From: a virus | IMG/VR virus record: IMGVR_UViG_3300048930_000528 | Coordinates: 8,050-72,049 of that record | Strand: one strand, 5' to 3' | DNA length: 64,000 nucleotides | In this document: positions 55,101 to 62,287 of the stretch, piece by piece | Position numbering within the stretch: position 1 is the stretch's first letter | How the letters are laid out: each line of letters starts with the position of its first letter | Translations under genes and position numbers: made by a program | Notes under the pieces: model-generated | The model's database searches: none | Told to the model about the DNA's origin: nothing | What the model saw: the letters and a program-made list of their open reading frames with translations, nothing else

Positions 55101-57946
55101 TAGGCTTCGGCCAAGACGCGCCGGCCGTCTTCGGGCGAAACGTCATTGTCCGCGAACGCTGCTTCGATCCAGCCCTTGGCCGTGCGCGGGAGCGAAGCGA
55201 CAGCGGCTGCGACGTTGCCTTCGTTCTTGGCGATGCGCTTGAACAGCGCGCGCACGTTGGCCGGTTCCGCACCGAACTCGACGGCCAGCTTCTGCGCAGG
55301 CGTCTGCTCAGGCGGGGCGGTCTGCGCGGCCAGCGCGGCGTTGTTCGCCTCCGCTGTCTCGATGGCGTCGCGGACCGTGCCGTCCTCGGCGGTAGACGTG
55401 CCGGCCACGTACTGATTCTCCCCGCCGGCAGTGCGGACACTCGTGCCTTGCATGCGAGGCGTAGCATCACGCGCTGCGTAGTAGGCAGCCCGGTTTGGAA
55501 ACTCCTGATACGGCCGCCCCGGCTCGCCGTCGAAGCGGATCGTGTCGATGGGAAATGCGCCCGACTTGAGCACGTCGGAAAGCAAAGCCGGCTGGCTTTC
55601 GCCTGGGCGAACAACCTTCCCATCCTTCCTATTGTTCTTCGCCATGCGTAGAAGGGCAGGCCCGGTCTTTACCTTGCCCGATGTTCCTGCGACCTGCGTA
55701 CTCTTTGCAGGCAGGAGCCCTGTCTGAACCACCCTGCCGTCGGGCATCTCAAGCGCCACAGCTACGCGCGTCGTGCTCTTGTTACCCGTGTCGCTGAAGA
55801 AGTCGCCCCGCTTGCCACCTGTCCTTAGCTTTGCCAGTGCGTTGATAGCCGCGTCCCAGTCGAAGTTGCGCAGGGCGGTACGGTCGGCTTCGGTCGCGGT
55901 GCCATCTTTAAGCCGGTCTGTGATTCCTACTGCGAGGCTCTCGAAGTCGATAATGCCTTCGCCCTGCATGATCTCCTGCCCGTAGCTGAAAGGCTTGGCC
56001 GGCTCGGGCGGGAATGCCTCGCTGAGGCTGCGCTCAAGGGGGTCGATCGTGGCTGGAGACTCGGGCGCCGGGGTAGCCTCGATGTCGATGGCGCCTTCCG
56101 TCGTTGCAGCGGGAGTCTGCGGCGCAGGCAGCGCCAGCGGGGCGGCAGGCTTGATCTTCTTCGCCTCGCGCAGCGCACGCGCGGCGGCGCGCTTTGCCTC
56201 CGCCTCGGCCTTGGCTGCGGCCTTGCGCTCCTTCTCGGCCTGGCGCTTGGCTGCCACGGTCTGCCGTTGCTCGGCGAGCTTCACCGCCCGCGCCGATCCC
56301 TCGATGATGGCGGAGGCTTCGAGCCCGCGCACGGCCTCCTCAATGGCGACCACGTTCTCCAGCGTGATGTCGCCGACGGCCTTGATCTTGGCAAACGCCT
56401 GAGTCGCAGCGGACGGGTCGCTGACCTTGGGCGCATTGGCCGTCAGCATGCGGCTCGCCGCCTCAAGCCGGCGGCGGAGTTCGGGCAGGGTGGGTGCGGC
56501 GGCGGGTGCCGGAGCGGTAGGCGGCGCAGGCGGCGTTGCCTCCGCTTGCGGAGGAGGAAAGCCCGCGCCGGCAGGCGGGGGTGTCGCCACCTTCCCGATA
56601 TCCTGATTTAAGGCAGGCGTTCCCGCAGTTTCAGCCGGCGCGGAAGTGATGGGCGCCACTGGTGTGGGCGCAGGTGCCGGCTGTACGGCGAGCCGGCTGA
56701 GAACCTCGATCTCCTGTTGCTCCGTACGGCTCGGCTTCGCCAGCTTCTGGAGCACGTCAAGCCGGCTCCGGCGCTGATCGTCCGTCATGCGCAGGGCGTT
56801 GCGCAGGATCTCACCTCGGGTCGCCTCGCGGGCCGGCTGCTCGGCAGGGGCAGTGGCTGCTGCCCGGCGGCGGGCCTCGGCAGCGGCGTCAGGCGGGGCG
56901 GCATCGGGCTTCGGATCGGGTGCGGCCTGCCGGGTACCGAGCGCACTCACACCGCCGCCCACGCCCGCACCGAGCACGGCACCTGCCGCGCCGGCATTGA
57001 GGAGGCGAGACTGGTATTCATCCGGGTCGATGGTGCGTCCGGCAGACTCTTCGCCCGCCATGTTGATCGCCTCTTGGATCACCTCCGTCACGCCTTCGGA
57101 GGCACCACCCAAGGCGAAGCCGCGCAGGGCCTGCATGCCGCGGTTGCCGCCCTTGCTGATGATGTCGTCCACCGCCTTTGCGGCCAGCCCGAGGCGACCG
57201 CCCTTTGACGCCGCGCGCGCCAAGAGGCCGACAGGGACGAGTGAAGCAATGCCATCCACCAGACCGGCCGCGGTGCCGTAGGTCAGTGCCGTCCCGAGGG
57301 CCTTGTCCTTGGTCTGCTCGTCGCTGGCCAGGTCAACGTAGCTCTGGCCCACCTCCATGCCTGCACCCACAGCGCCCGCGGCGGCGGCAGCGCCAAGCGG
57401 TCCGCCCGTCAACCCGCCGACCACGCCCGCGCCCAGGGTAGCACCGAGTTGCGGAGCGTTTTCGCCGGTTGAGGTTGCGGCCCAGCGCAGGAAGTTGCCG
57501 ATGCGATCCAGCGTGCCGCTCGTGGCAATGTCCTCGATCCGGTCCGTCGAGCGGCGCCCGCGGGCTTCCTGCGCCTCGCGTAGCTGCTCCTCCGCCTTGC
57601 CGCGGTAGAAGTCGCCACCGCCTTCGACACCCATCACCCGGCCGATCGCTTCCGATCCCGCGGCAAGCCCACCAAGCACGGCAGCCTGCGCCCGGTCGAT
57701 ACCGGAGGAGAAGGCGCGGCCGGTCTCTTCGATTACGCTGCCCGCTGAGCGTCGCTTTACCTCAAGGTACTGCTCCCGGAAGTCGGGGAACTTAGCCTCC
57801 GTGTCGAAGTCACCACGCGCACGCAGCTTGTCACCGAGTTCGAGCGTGAGCTGAAGGTCTGTGCGCAGGTCGCGCTTGCCCTTCGCCTCAAGGCTTTTCC
57901 GGTACTCCTGGACAAGCGAGTTGGTGGTGAAGAATGGGGTGGCCAT
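49124..57946 (-). CDS. Giant internal virion/ejection protein (2940 aa, polyvalent-like) with HExxH zincin motif
   Basis: Gly/Ala hydrophobic N-region, LIHEAGH, C-terminal hydrophobic helices; last gene of the virion operon. Confidence 0.7.
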   Translation of the reverse strand: MATPFFTTNSLVQEYRKSLEAKGKRDLRTDLQLTLELGDKLRARGDFDTEAKFPDFREQYLEVKRRSAGSVIEETGRAFSSGIDRAQAAVLGGLAAGSEAIGRVMGVEGGGDFYRGKAEEQLREAQEARGRRSTDRIEDIATSGTLDRIGNFLRWAATSTGENAPQLGATLGAGVVGGLTGGPLGAAAAAGAVGAGMEVGQSYVDLASDEQTKDKALGTALTYGTAAGLVDGIASLVPVGLLARAASKGGRLGLAAKAVDDIISKGGNRGMQALRGFALGGASEGVTEVIQEAINMAGEESAGRTIDPDEYQSRLLNAGAAGAVLGAGVGGGVSALGTRQAAPDPKPDAAPPDAAAEARRRAAATAPAEQPAREATRGEILRNALRMTDDQRRSRLDVLQKLAKPSRTEQQEIEVLSRLAVQPAPAPTPVAPITSAPAETAGTPALNQDIGKVATPPPAGAGFPPPQAEATPPAPPTAPAPAAAPTLPELRRRLEAASRMLTANAPKVSDPSAATQAFAKIKAVGDITLENVVAIEEAVRGLEASAIIEGSARAVKLAEQRQTVAAKRQAEKERKAAAKAEAEAKRAAARALREAKKIKPAAPLALPAPQTPAATTEGAIDIEATPAPESPATIDPLERSLSEAFPPEPAKPFSYGQEIMQGEGIIDFESLAVGITDRLKDGTATEADRTALRNFDWDAAINALAKLRTGGKRGDFFSDTGNKSTTRVAVALEMPDGRVVQTGLLPAKSTQVAGTSGKVKTGPALLRMAKNNRKDGKVVRPGESQPALLSDVLKSGAFPIDTIRFDGEPGRPYQEFPNRAAYYAARDATPRMQGTSVRTAGGENQYVAGTSTAEDGTVRDAIETAEANNAALAAQTAPPEQTPAQKLAVEFGAEPANVRALFKRIAKNEGNVAAAVASLPRTAKGWIEAAFADNDVSPEDGRRVLAEAYAAANGSEDAFAELAAGRMPASAPPTPAAEALPSAPATAPALAAPPAPAPTAATPLAKKPAAKKAAKPKAKKQTPLPDLFSKLTPKLAARLYKTIDVDGAGIFDRNLYDTLPESWLEFFDGLIERAGVPFEAVQAYVQGAFDSTYGDASIFRDVLAGINTDQIRTRMEAARAERTATQAQEQQAFDRILDRLKARGFNVKLIQGDIESAAINIKTGQVVLVMQDLANANTRNLTALIHEAGHALYAVADPVAQQQITRAINAAVREVQSTAINANANAEERLVESTAQKLAAEGFGSEAPSMAAAIWRTVKDMYLTVAKAMVRALGFQDRADQISLAWYENNLRRMLGGDFDYRFIDAFDSLLPRPMPKYQQRFDRVGGAPVADYFDPLIRAIRQPDNMPDTVGAVDSNIRFSKQSANPGQEIDLDRETAVARTTAATWNEIIPVLADLKQRLAPQAKDEQFWSVIGKGDMPSKIMAWIDGKFPNAITARVGGEQMTDAMNQRAQRDALSIMRGMAGTARKRAATAIEQADKAAEDILSVTQREASLEAKLRDASAMNAELNTKFRSLIKTLARDIDRGQDTAFAGGRLYQAIKEAEGLAEGDPIPDAYTRVFKQALDADGQVSLFDKLSAIAALDLPLAKMTQSEIMQAVRDNAPKDARLEALVRNRPMLVALTSLAKSSAKEMDMIQLRAMQDTTRYLAIRAELEAIRTADDATIDAMIEVQKEQGPAARLEERLKREYLSVRRQLRNRRQTVTKREQKALMLEEVARRLEDEAKRLEGAVGAFSRFEVGNGAQYQTMRQKPDGTWYAITRTLRMVGEDFGDQAQQVREDVRMNQLWLEANSGQPRSRLYNEIDRVTTELGKVDFEKKYHAASRWLVDKLLSPLGKNFASTGTPAGQRIRSRLTRWQIITKTEQDGVERRARVWTKAMQDASDAAGFAYYRDFFTQVYDQVVFKIESEPGRDEGAALRDAVRSAKARIPAGQKVADNFGERFIAFLRASKEMSEHMKAVAEKHGVYVEDPRIKDPLTSDQNMLRHAIKYGWLTMPRRLRASAIEAVTDTMAKAGWKDDLFAEEAYEDAAFAEAIGTYFTPEIVRDFVAPFVRKPGRSVFMGASNTPGERAYVPQEIALEAWEESGGDVAAWIDNLFARTNELDTDADLPAYRAAMLKRFAGLYKMGSKLVAKVDKAPNLNGGRTSKQHRLMDGRTNDLIPPEWLQYEVFEAKSAQNFLAEIAFHAAFGRDGSGVQQDLTDLRADLAGRYRLYQQLPPGPASVKRRAATDRGWNFDDLERAAKDMANVERWENQMNEYFSYGNTTGAVGDARWALELAQLNVMMVLNQPKSGLWNLMSLFDFPLAYKGLGPTGLVVTGKAWKTFGTEVLGSALDNFGLNFLQASDYQIWIGEAFEGRATSSLQMGQRMADIGRNASFQEGGSNRVVQIVRGVNQAMRGGLDLSALSRAPVVKNVPALSKALESLPKPTGRFGVFNALWAPFRYLSEKSITSIATANVQVFDQMVARGIDYFRRNPNAEADPAFRFTPDMLGMKGGAYFSDEGAFRFYRDRLGEYQIGNLEDVVRGAMRRAAKGETLLTRDQALGVAMMAVNEVSLESSINTRPVEWFNNPVWRFGGLLLGWPISKVNQINEALKTTDGRFQVASIVKGIGIMALWSLPAGLAYSLLMDAYDRELLAKEPNLRKLRPIDMVPVVGVANAAAESLQGDRVGALAILERAARAGTFGLAGDAVSSVFNIVDPQAGQRDFDLNSRILIFSQFANMRDIVRDLIHTEGAVTYASTIRPALNAFGFGGQIQATQILNNAFGLSNSEAQVTNRINVNNYLRAAGREAGLELRMGAGRSSPTPVSVWIRQMQLKALSNDRIGFLEAYRNAVSAARARGEESPESYVLTNWKSRNPLTTTFRTKPSEAEMGRLMSALGEDGRMAVNEALSLFDRYTDMIAPSDLQEAIARRMGSAMRPRASRVPNLEDVRRRAALQAMGL

Positions 57947-58404
57947 TAAAAGGGCACGTCGGATTCGTCGAAGGTGGTGTCAGGCTGAACGCCGGGAAGT
58001 GAACTCTGCTTGGGCTGAGGCGGTGCGGCTGCGGCCGGGGCATGGGCTGGTGCCGGCTGCGTGTCGTCACGCGGCCCGCCGAGGAACTGGAACGACTCCA
58101 GCACAACCTTCATCCGCGTCCGCTTCTGGCCGCTCTGCTTGTCCTCCCACTGGTCCTGCTTGAGCCGCCCCTCCACGTAGAGGGGCCTGCCCTTGGTCAG
58201 GTACTTGGCGATGACCTCGGCCTGCTTGCCCCACGCTTCGATGTCCACGAAGGTGACTTCGGTCTGCTTCTCGCCGGACTCGGATTTCCAGTCGCGGTTG
58301 ATGGCCAGCGCGAAGCTGGCGATTGAGGTTCCCTTGGGCGTGACACGGAGTTCCGGGTCGCGCGTCAGGTTGCCCATGAGGGTGACGCGGTTTAGGTTTG
58401 GCAT
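57946..58404 (-). CDS. ssb: Single-stranded DNA-binding protein
   Basis: NRVTLMGNLTRDPELR, KGRPLYVEGRL, acidic tail DESDVPF. Confidence 0.97.
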   Translation of the reverse strand: MPNLNRVTLMGNLTRDPELRVTPKGTSIASFALAINRDWKSESGEKQTEVTFVDIEAWGKQAEVIAKYLTKGRPLYVEGRLKQDQWEDKQSGQKRTRMKVVLESFQFLGGPRDDTQPAPAHAPAAAAPPQPKQSSLPGVQPDTTFDESDVPF

Positions 58405-58421
58405 GGTGTCGGTGGTGAAAG

Positions 58422-59927
58422 CTACGGGCCGACACCGAGCGCGGCCTGGGCCTCGCGAGTACGGCGTTGGGCAAGGCTGCGCTCGATCTGGTTGGCGCGA
58501 TCAAGCAGGCGTCGGCTGAAGCTCGTGCCCTGCGGAAAGTATGCAGCCCGCTCACGCAGGCGAGCCACGTACTCAGGAGTCTGACCGAATACGCTGATCT
58601 CCCTTCCGTCGTCGGTCTCTACCGTCTCCCAGTTACTGGGCTGGATTACGCCAAGGGCGGCGCGTGCCGAGTCCATTGGTGCAGCGAAGGCAGCGCGGCC
58701 CGCGTCGATCACACGCTGACGATTCGCCGCGTTGTCGCGGACACCGGGTGGCCCAAAGAAAGGCGGAGGCGCTTCCTCGCGTCGAGGGTCTCGGATGTTC
58801 TCGAGTGGTTGGATCTGAGGCACAACCGACGCAGGCGGCGGCGAAGGAAGGTCGCCAACCACGGCAGCCGGAGAGGCCGGCCGAGGCATGCCGCCAGAAA
58901 GGCCAGACAGGAACTCATCCGTGTCCGATTCGCCGGCGATGGCGGGAGGCGTGCGGCCGGGGGTGGCAGGTGCCGCGGTCGCAGTCGTCACCTTTTGTGC
59001 AGCCTCCGGGGCAAAGGCAAACGCACCGGCACGCGAAAGCTCGGCGATGTAGCCGACACCGCGCTGCGCGGTTTGCAGCTGGCGAACTCGATTTTGGTAG
59101 CGCGACTGAATCGGCGCCATGCGCAAGAAGCGGGCGTCCGCAAGCCCCTCCATGGCGACTCGCTCAACTTCAGCCAGTTCATCGGGGCGCAGATCGATCT
59201 CTGACTTGCCAGGAAACCGGGTCGCCGCTGCCTTTTGGCGCTCGGCCATAAGCATCTCCGCATCGTACGCCCCGTTCTGGATGCGATCGATTTCCTGCTC
59301 GTCGCCTTCCATTGCGAGTTCGATCTCGGTCTGCTTGGAAAGCTGCGCCACGTACGCAGCGGCAGCGAACTTGGCATTGTTCTGCGCCCGCTCCCGGTCC
59401 GACTCGGCGATCTGGCCAAGGCGAGAGTACGCCGCGTTCATCACATTGCGTGCAGCCTGCACGCTGGCAGCGTCCATCGGGTTTGCGCCAAGCACGGCAG
59501 CAGCATTCGGCACCTCGCCCACGGCTTCGATGATCCGTGGCAGCGCGGCCTTGTACGTGGCAAGCTCCTCGATGGCGCGCCGCTGCTCGGGCGTCTCGAT
59601 CTTCGCCATGGCTGCATTCACTGCGTCCGGCTTGTCGATGTCTTCCGGCGAAAGGTATCCGCGCTCGACCAACGAATCCACCAGCCGGTCGAAACGGCGG
59701 CGCTTATATAGGGCTTCCTCCTGCTTCTGCGCCTCGGTAATGTCCGCGCGGCGATCGTCGCGCTGCATCCGGTAGTCCTGCAACGCATCCTGCCGGCGGC
59801 GGTTGTAGTCCTCCTGTTCCTCCGCGCGGCGGCGCTCGCGCTCGCGTTCACTGATTGCAATGGCAGCCATCTGACCCGTGCCACGGGCCAGCGCATCGCC
59901 GAGTAGGGAGAGGGGTCCGGTTGCCAT
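58422..59927 (-). CDS. Internal virion/ejection protein (probable)
   Basis: Coiled-coil R/E/Q-rich 501 aa in the ejection cluster. Confidence 0.5.
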   Translation of the reverse strand: MATGPLSLLGDALARGTGQMAAIAISERERERRRAEEQEDYNRRRQDALQDYRMQRDDRRADITEAQKQEEALYKRRRFDRLVDSLVERGYLSPEDIDKPDAVNAAMAKIETPEQRRAIEELATYKAALPRIIEAVGEVPNAAAVLGANPMDAASVQAARNVMNAAYSRLGQIAESDRERAQNNAKFAAAAYVAQLSKQTEIELAMEGDEQEIDRIQNGAYDAEMLMAERQKAAATRFPGKSEIDLRPDELAEVERVAMEGLADARFLRMAPIQSRYQNRVRQLQTAQRGVGYIAELSRAGAFAFAPEAAQKVTTATAAPATPGRTPPAIAGESDTDEFLSGLSGGMPRPASPAAVVGDLPSPPPASVVPQIQPLENIRDPRREEAPPPFFGPPGVRDNAANRQRVIDAGRAAFAAPMDSARAALGVIQPSNWETVETDDGREISVFGQTPEYVARLRERAAYFPQGTSFSRRLLDRANQIERSLAQRRTREAQAALGVGP

Positions 59928-59931
59928 AGTG

Positions 59932-61419
59932 TCAAACGTAGCTCAGGCCGGTGTCGATGTCGGCGTTGCTTGAAGGCGTCTTCGCCTTCGGCTTGAACCA
60001 CGAGCCGTTCGAGGCGGCCAGGTTGAATCCGCTGCTCACAAGGCCAGCGCCGAGGCCAGCGAGGTCTGCGCCCTCCGTCGAAGGCTGGCGGTAGAACGGC
60101 TGAGACGAAGGCATGGAGCCCTCGGCCGAGAACCAGTTGAGCGTGTCGAGCCCGCGGCGGAGGCCTTGGTAGCCAGCCTCGTCCGCCGCTCCGACCATCG
60201 CCAGCCGCTCGCGCCCAATCGTCAGCGGCAGCAGGGTCGCCGCTTGGCGCCGGGTGAAGTCATTGTCGAAGTAGGTCTGGCGCAGGCCGGTCGCCGTGTT
60301 CTCGGCCTCCCGGCGAAGGCGGGCCGCGTCGCTCGCGTTCGTGAAGCGGAGCCCCGCGTCCTGCCCGGTGATGCCATAGCCGGCCAGCGCCGACTCGTCG
60401 CCCACCCGGCGGCGTTCGTTCGCCAGCATGGTCGCCAAGTCGAAGCGGGAAGACGCATCCTCGTCCGCGATCCCACGCCGGCCAGCGGCGTCGCGCGAAG
60501 TCAGGTCAAATGTTAGACCGGAGATTTCATCCCGCACCCCGCGGCGGTCATTGGCGTTGGCGAGCAGAGCCTCCGCGCCGATCTCGGCTGAACGCTGGCG
60601 GGCCTCCACGGTCGCGCGGGTGGCGGCAGCCACGTCGCCCGAAGAGCGGCCCACGTAGCCCTGCAAGGCGCGCTCCGCGTCGAGGTCGTCCAGCGTCCGC
60701 TCCAGCCCTTGGTTCACGCCGGCCGCGACGGTGGACGCCGCTTGCTGCCGGGCGGCGGCAAGCTCCTCCAGCGAGGCCATGCGCTGCACCTCAAGGTCAG
60801 TGATGCCCTGTCGCAGCTGGGCGGTCTCCGCGTCGATGGCTGCGATGCGGGCCTGATTGCGGGCGGTGATGGCGGCGTCCGTCGTGGTCTGCGCCTCGTC
60901 AAGCAGGCGTTGCCGCTCGGTGGTCAGGGCATCGAGCCCTTGGCGAAGCTGCGCGGTCTGCGCGTCGATCGCGGCGGCGCGCTCGGCGGCCTCCGCATCG
61001 ATCGCCGCCAGCATCTCCTCGCGGCTGCGGCCCACCTGGGCAAGCTCTTCGGCGTACCGGCTGCCGTCAAGGGCACTGCGGTTGTTCGCCAGCGCCGCAT
61101 CGTAGTCGCGGTTGAGCTGGTCGATGATGGCCTGCGCCTCCGCACGCCGGGCCGGGTCGCGCGACATATCCTCAAGCGCACGGCGAAGAGCCTCCTCGCC
61201 AAGGAACTGCTCGGCCGGCTGGCTGGTCGGGCCGACGTACTCGTAGTTGTCGAGTTCCTGTATAGGGACTTCCTCCCATGAGGACACCCCGAGGTCGGCC
61301 ATGATCTCGCCGATCCACTGGTTGAACCGGTCGTTCCACTCCGGCTCGTACGGGTTCACGTTCCCGCCCGGAACATTGGTCTGGAAGTAGGAGGTGAGCT
61401 GTTCGTAGGAGGCCATCAC
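59932..61419 (-). CDS. Internal virion/DNA pilot-like protein (probable)
   Basis: Ala/Arg/Gln coiled coil with Gly-rich C-terminus. Confidence 0.5.
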   Translation of the reverse strand: MMASYEQLTSYFQTNVPGGNVNPYEPEWNDRFNQWIGEIMADLGVSSWEEVPIQELDNYEYVGPTSQPAEQFLGEEALRRALEDMSRDPARRAEAQAIIDQLNRDYDAALANNRSALDGSRYAEELAQVGRSREEMLAAIDAEAAERAAAIDAQTAQLRQGLDALTTERQRLLDEAQTTTDAAITARNQARIAAIDAETAQLRQGITDLEVQRMASLEELAAARQQAASTVAAGVNQGLERTLDDLDAERALQGYVGRSSGDVAAATRATVEARQRSAEIGAEALLANANDRRGVRDEISGLTFDLTSRDAAGRRGIADEDASSRFDLATMLANERRRVGDESALAGYGITGQDAGLRFTNASDAARLRREAENTATGLRQTYFDNDFTRRQAATLLPLTIGRERLAMVGAADEAGYQGLRRGLDTLNWFSAEGSMPSSQPFYRQPSTEGADLAGLGAGLVSSGFNLAASNGSWFKPKAKTPSSNADIDTGLSYV

Positions 61420-61763
61420 ACACCTGCCTTCCTGCGGACGACGCCCGTGGCGCGCATCGGGATTGCGGAGCCGGAAGGCACGGGCATCGCGCCGGGGCCG
61501 GCGCGGCTGACGTTCATCCAGAGAGGAAGGCGTGTGTTGATCGCACGGGCGTTCATCGGCAGGGCGCCGGTCTCAACGCCTTGGCCCGGATCGATGCCGC
61601 GCTGCATGAGGTAGCGCGCCCAGTTCTGGCGCTGCGCCTCGGCGTCCGCGGCCGCGTTGGCGTCCTGCGTGCGGCGGTTTTCCTTGGCCTGCTTGCGAGC
61701 GCCCATGTAGCTCAGGCCGGCGCCTGCAACAGAGGTTCCGATAGCGATTGCGGCGAAACTCAT
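61416..61763 (-). CDS. Small internal virion protein
   Basis: MSFAAIAIGTSVAGAGLSYMGA..QAK N-terminus typical of podoviral ejection proteins. Confidence 0.6.
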   Translation of the reverse strand: MSFAAIAIGTSVAGAGLSYMGARKQAKENRRTQDANAAADAEAQRQNWARYLMQRGIDPGQGVETGALPMNARAINTRLPLWMNVSRAGPGAMPVPSGSAIPMRATGVVRRKAGV

Positions 61764-62239
61764 AGTGCGTCTCCTTCAGCCAGCAGTTGCTTGAGGGCTT
61801 TCTGCCCTTCGAGTGCGAGCTGGTGCGCCTCGAAGGTTTCGCTTTTCACGATCAGCTTGTCCTCAAGCGTGGGGATGTCGGTTTCGTCGGTAGGGTGAAT
61901 GGTGGACCAGCGCGTGTCCTCGTGGATGAAGAGGACCTTGCGGACGCCGGGCTTGGAAACGAAAGTGCACGGGGCCTTGATCTGATGCACCACGCCGTCC
62001 ATCAGCACAGAGGCGCGGCCCTCGCTGACGATGTTCAAGTGCTCGGTCTTGTGCTCGTGCCCGATGATGAACGCGCCAGCAGGCATGACGACCTCGCGCA
62101 TGTAGACGCCGGGCGCGAACCGATGAGTCAGCGGAACCTCGACCTGCTCAAGATGGAGAAGCGCACCCTCCAGCCGCTCGATTTCACGGTTGGTGATTCG
62201 AGCTTCCGGCTCCGCCAATGCCTGAAGGGTGTCGCCCAT
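61760..62239 (-). CDS. Cupin-like phage protein
   Basis: HRFAPGVYMRE...G.EHKTEHLNI...APCTFVSKPG.RK...HEDT.W.TIH. Confidence 0.7.
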   Translation of the reverse strand: MGDTLQALAEPEARITNREIERLEGALLHLEQVEVPLTHRFAPGVYMREVVMPAGAFIIGHEHKTEHLNIVSEGRASVLMDGVVHQIKAPCTFVSKPGVRKVLFIHEDTRWSTIHPTDETDIPTLEDKLIVKSETFEAHQLALEGQKALKQLLAEGDAL

Positions 62240-62287
62240 TTGTTACCTCGGGAAATAGGTTGCAGAAGGTTTCCTGTCGAGAGCGTT

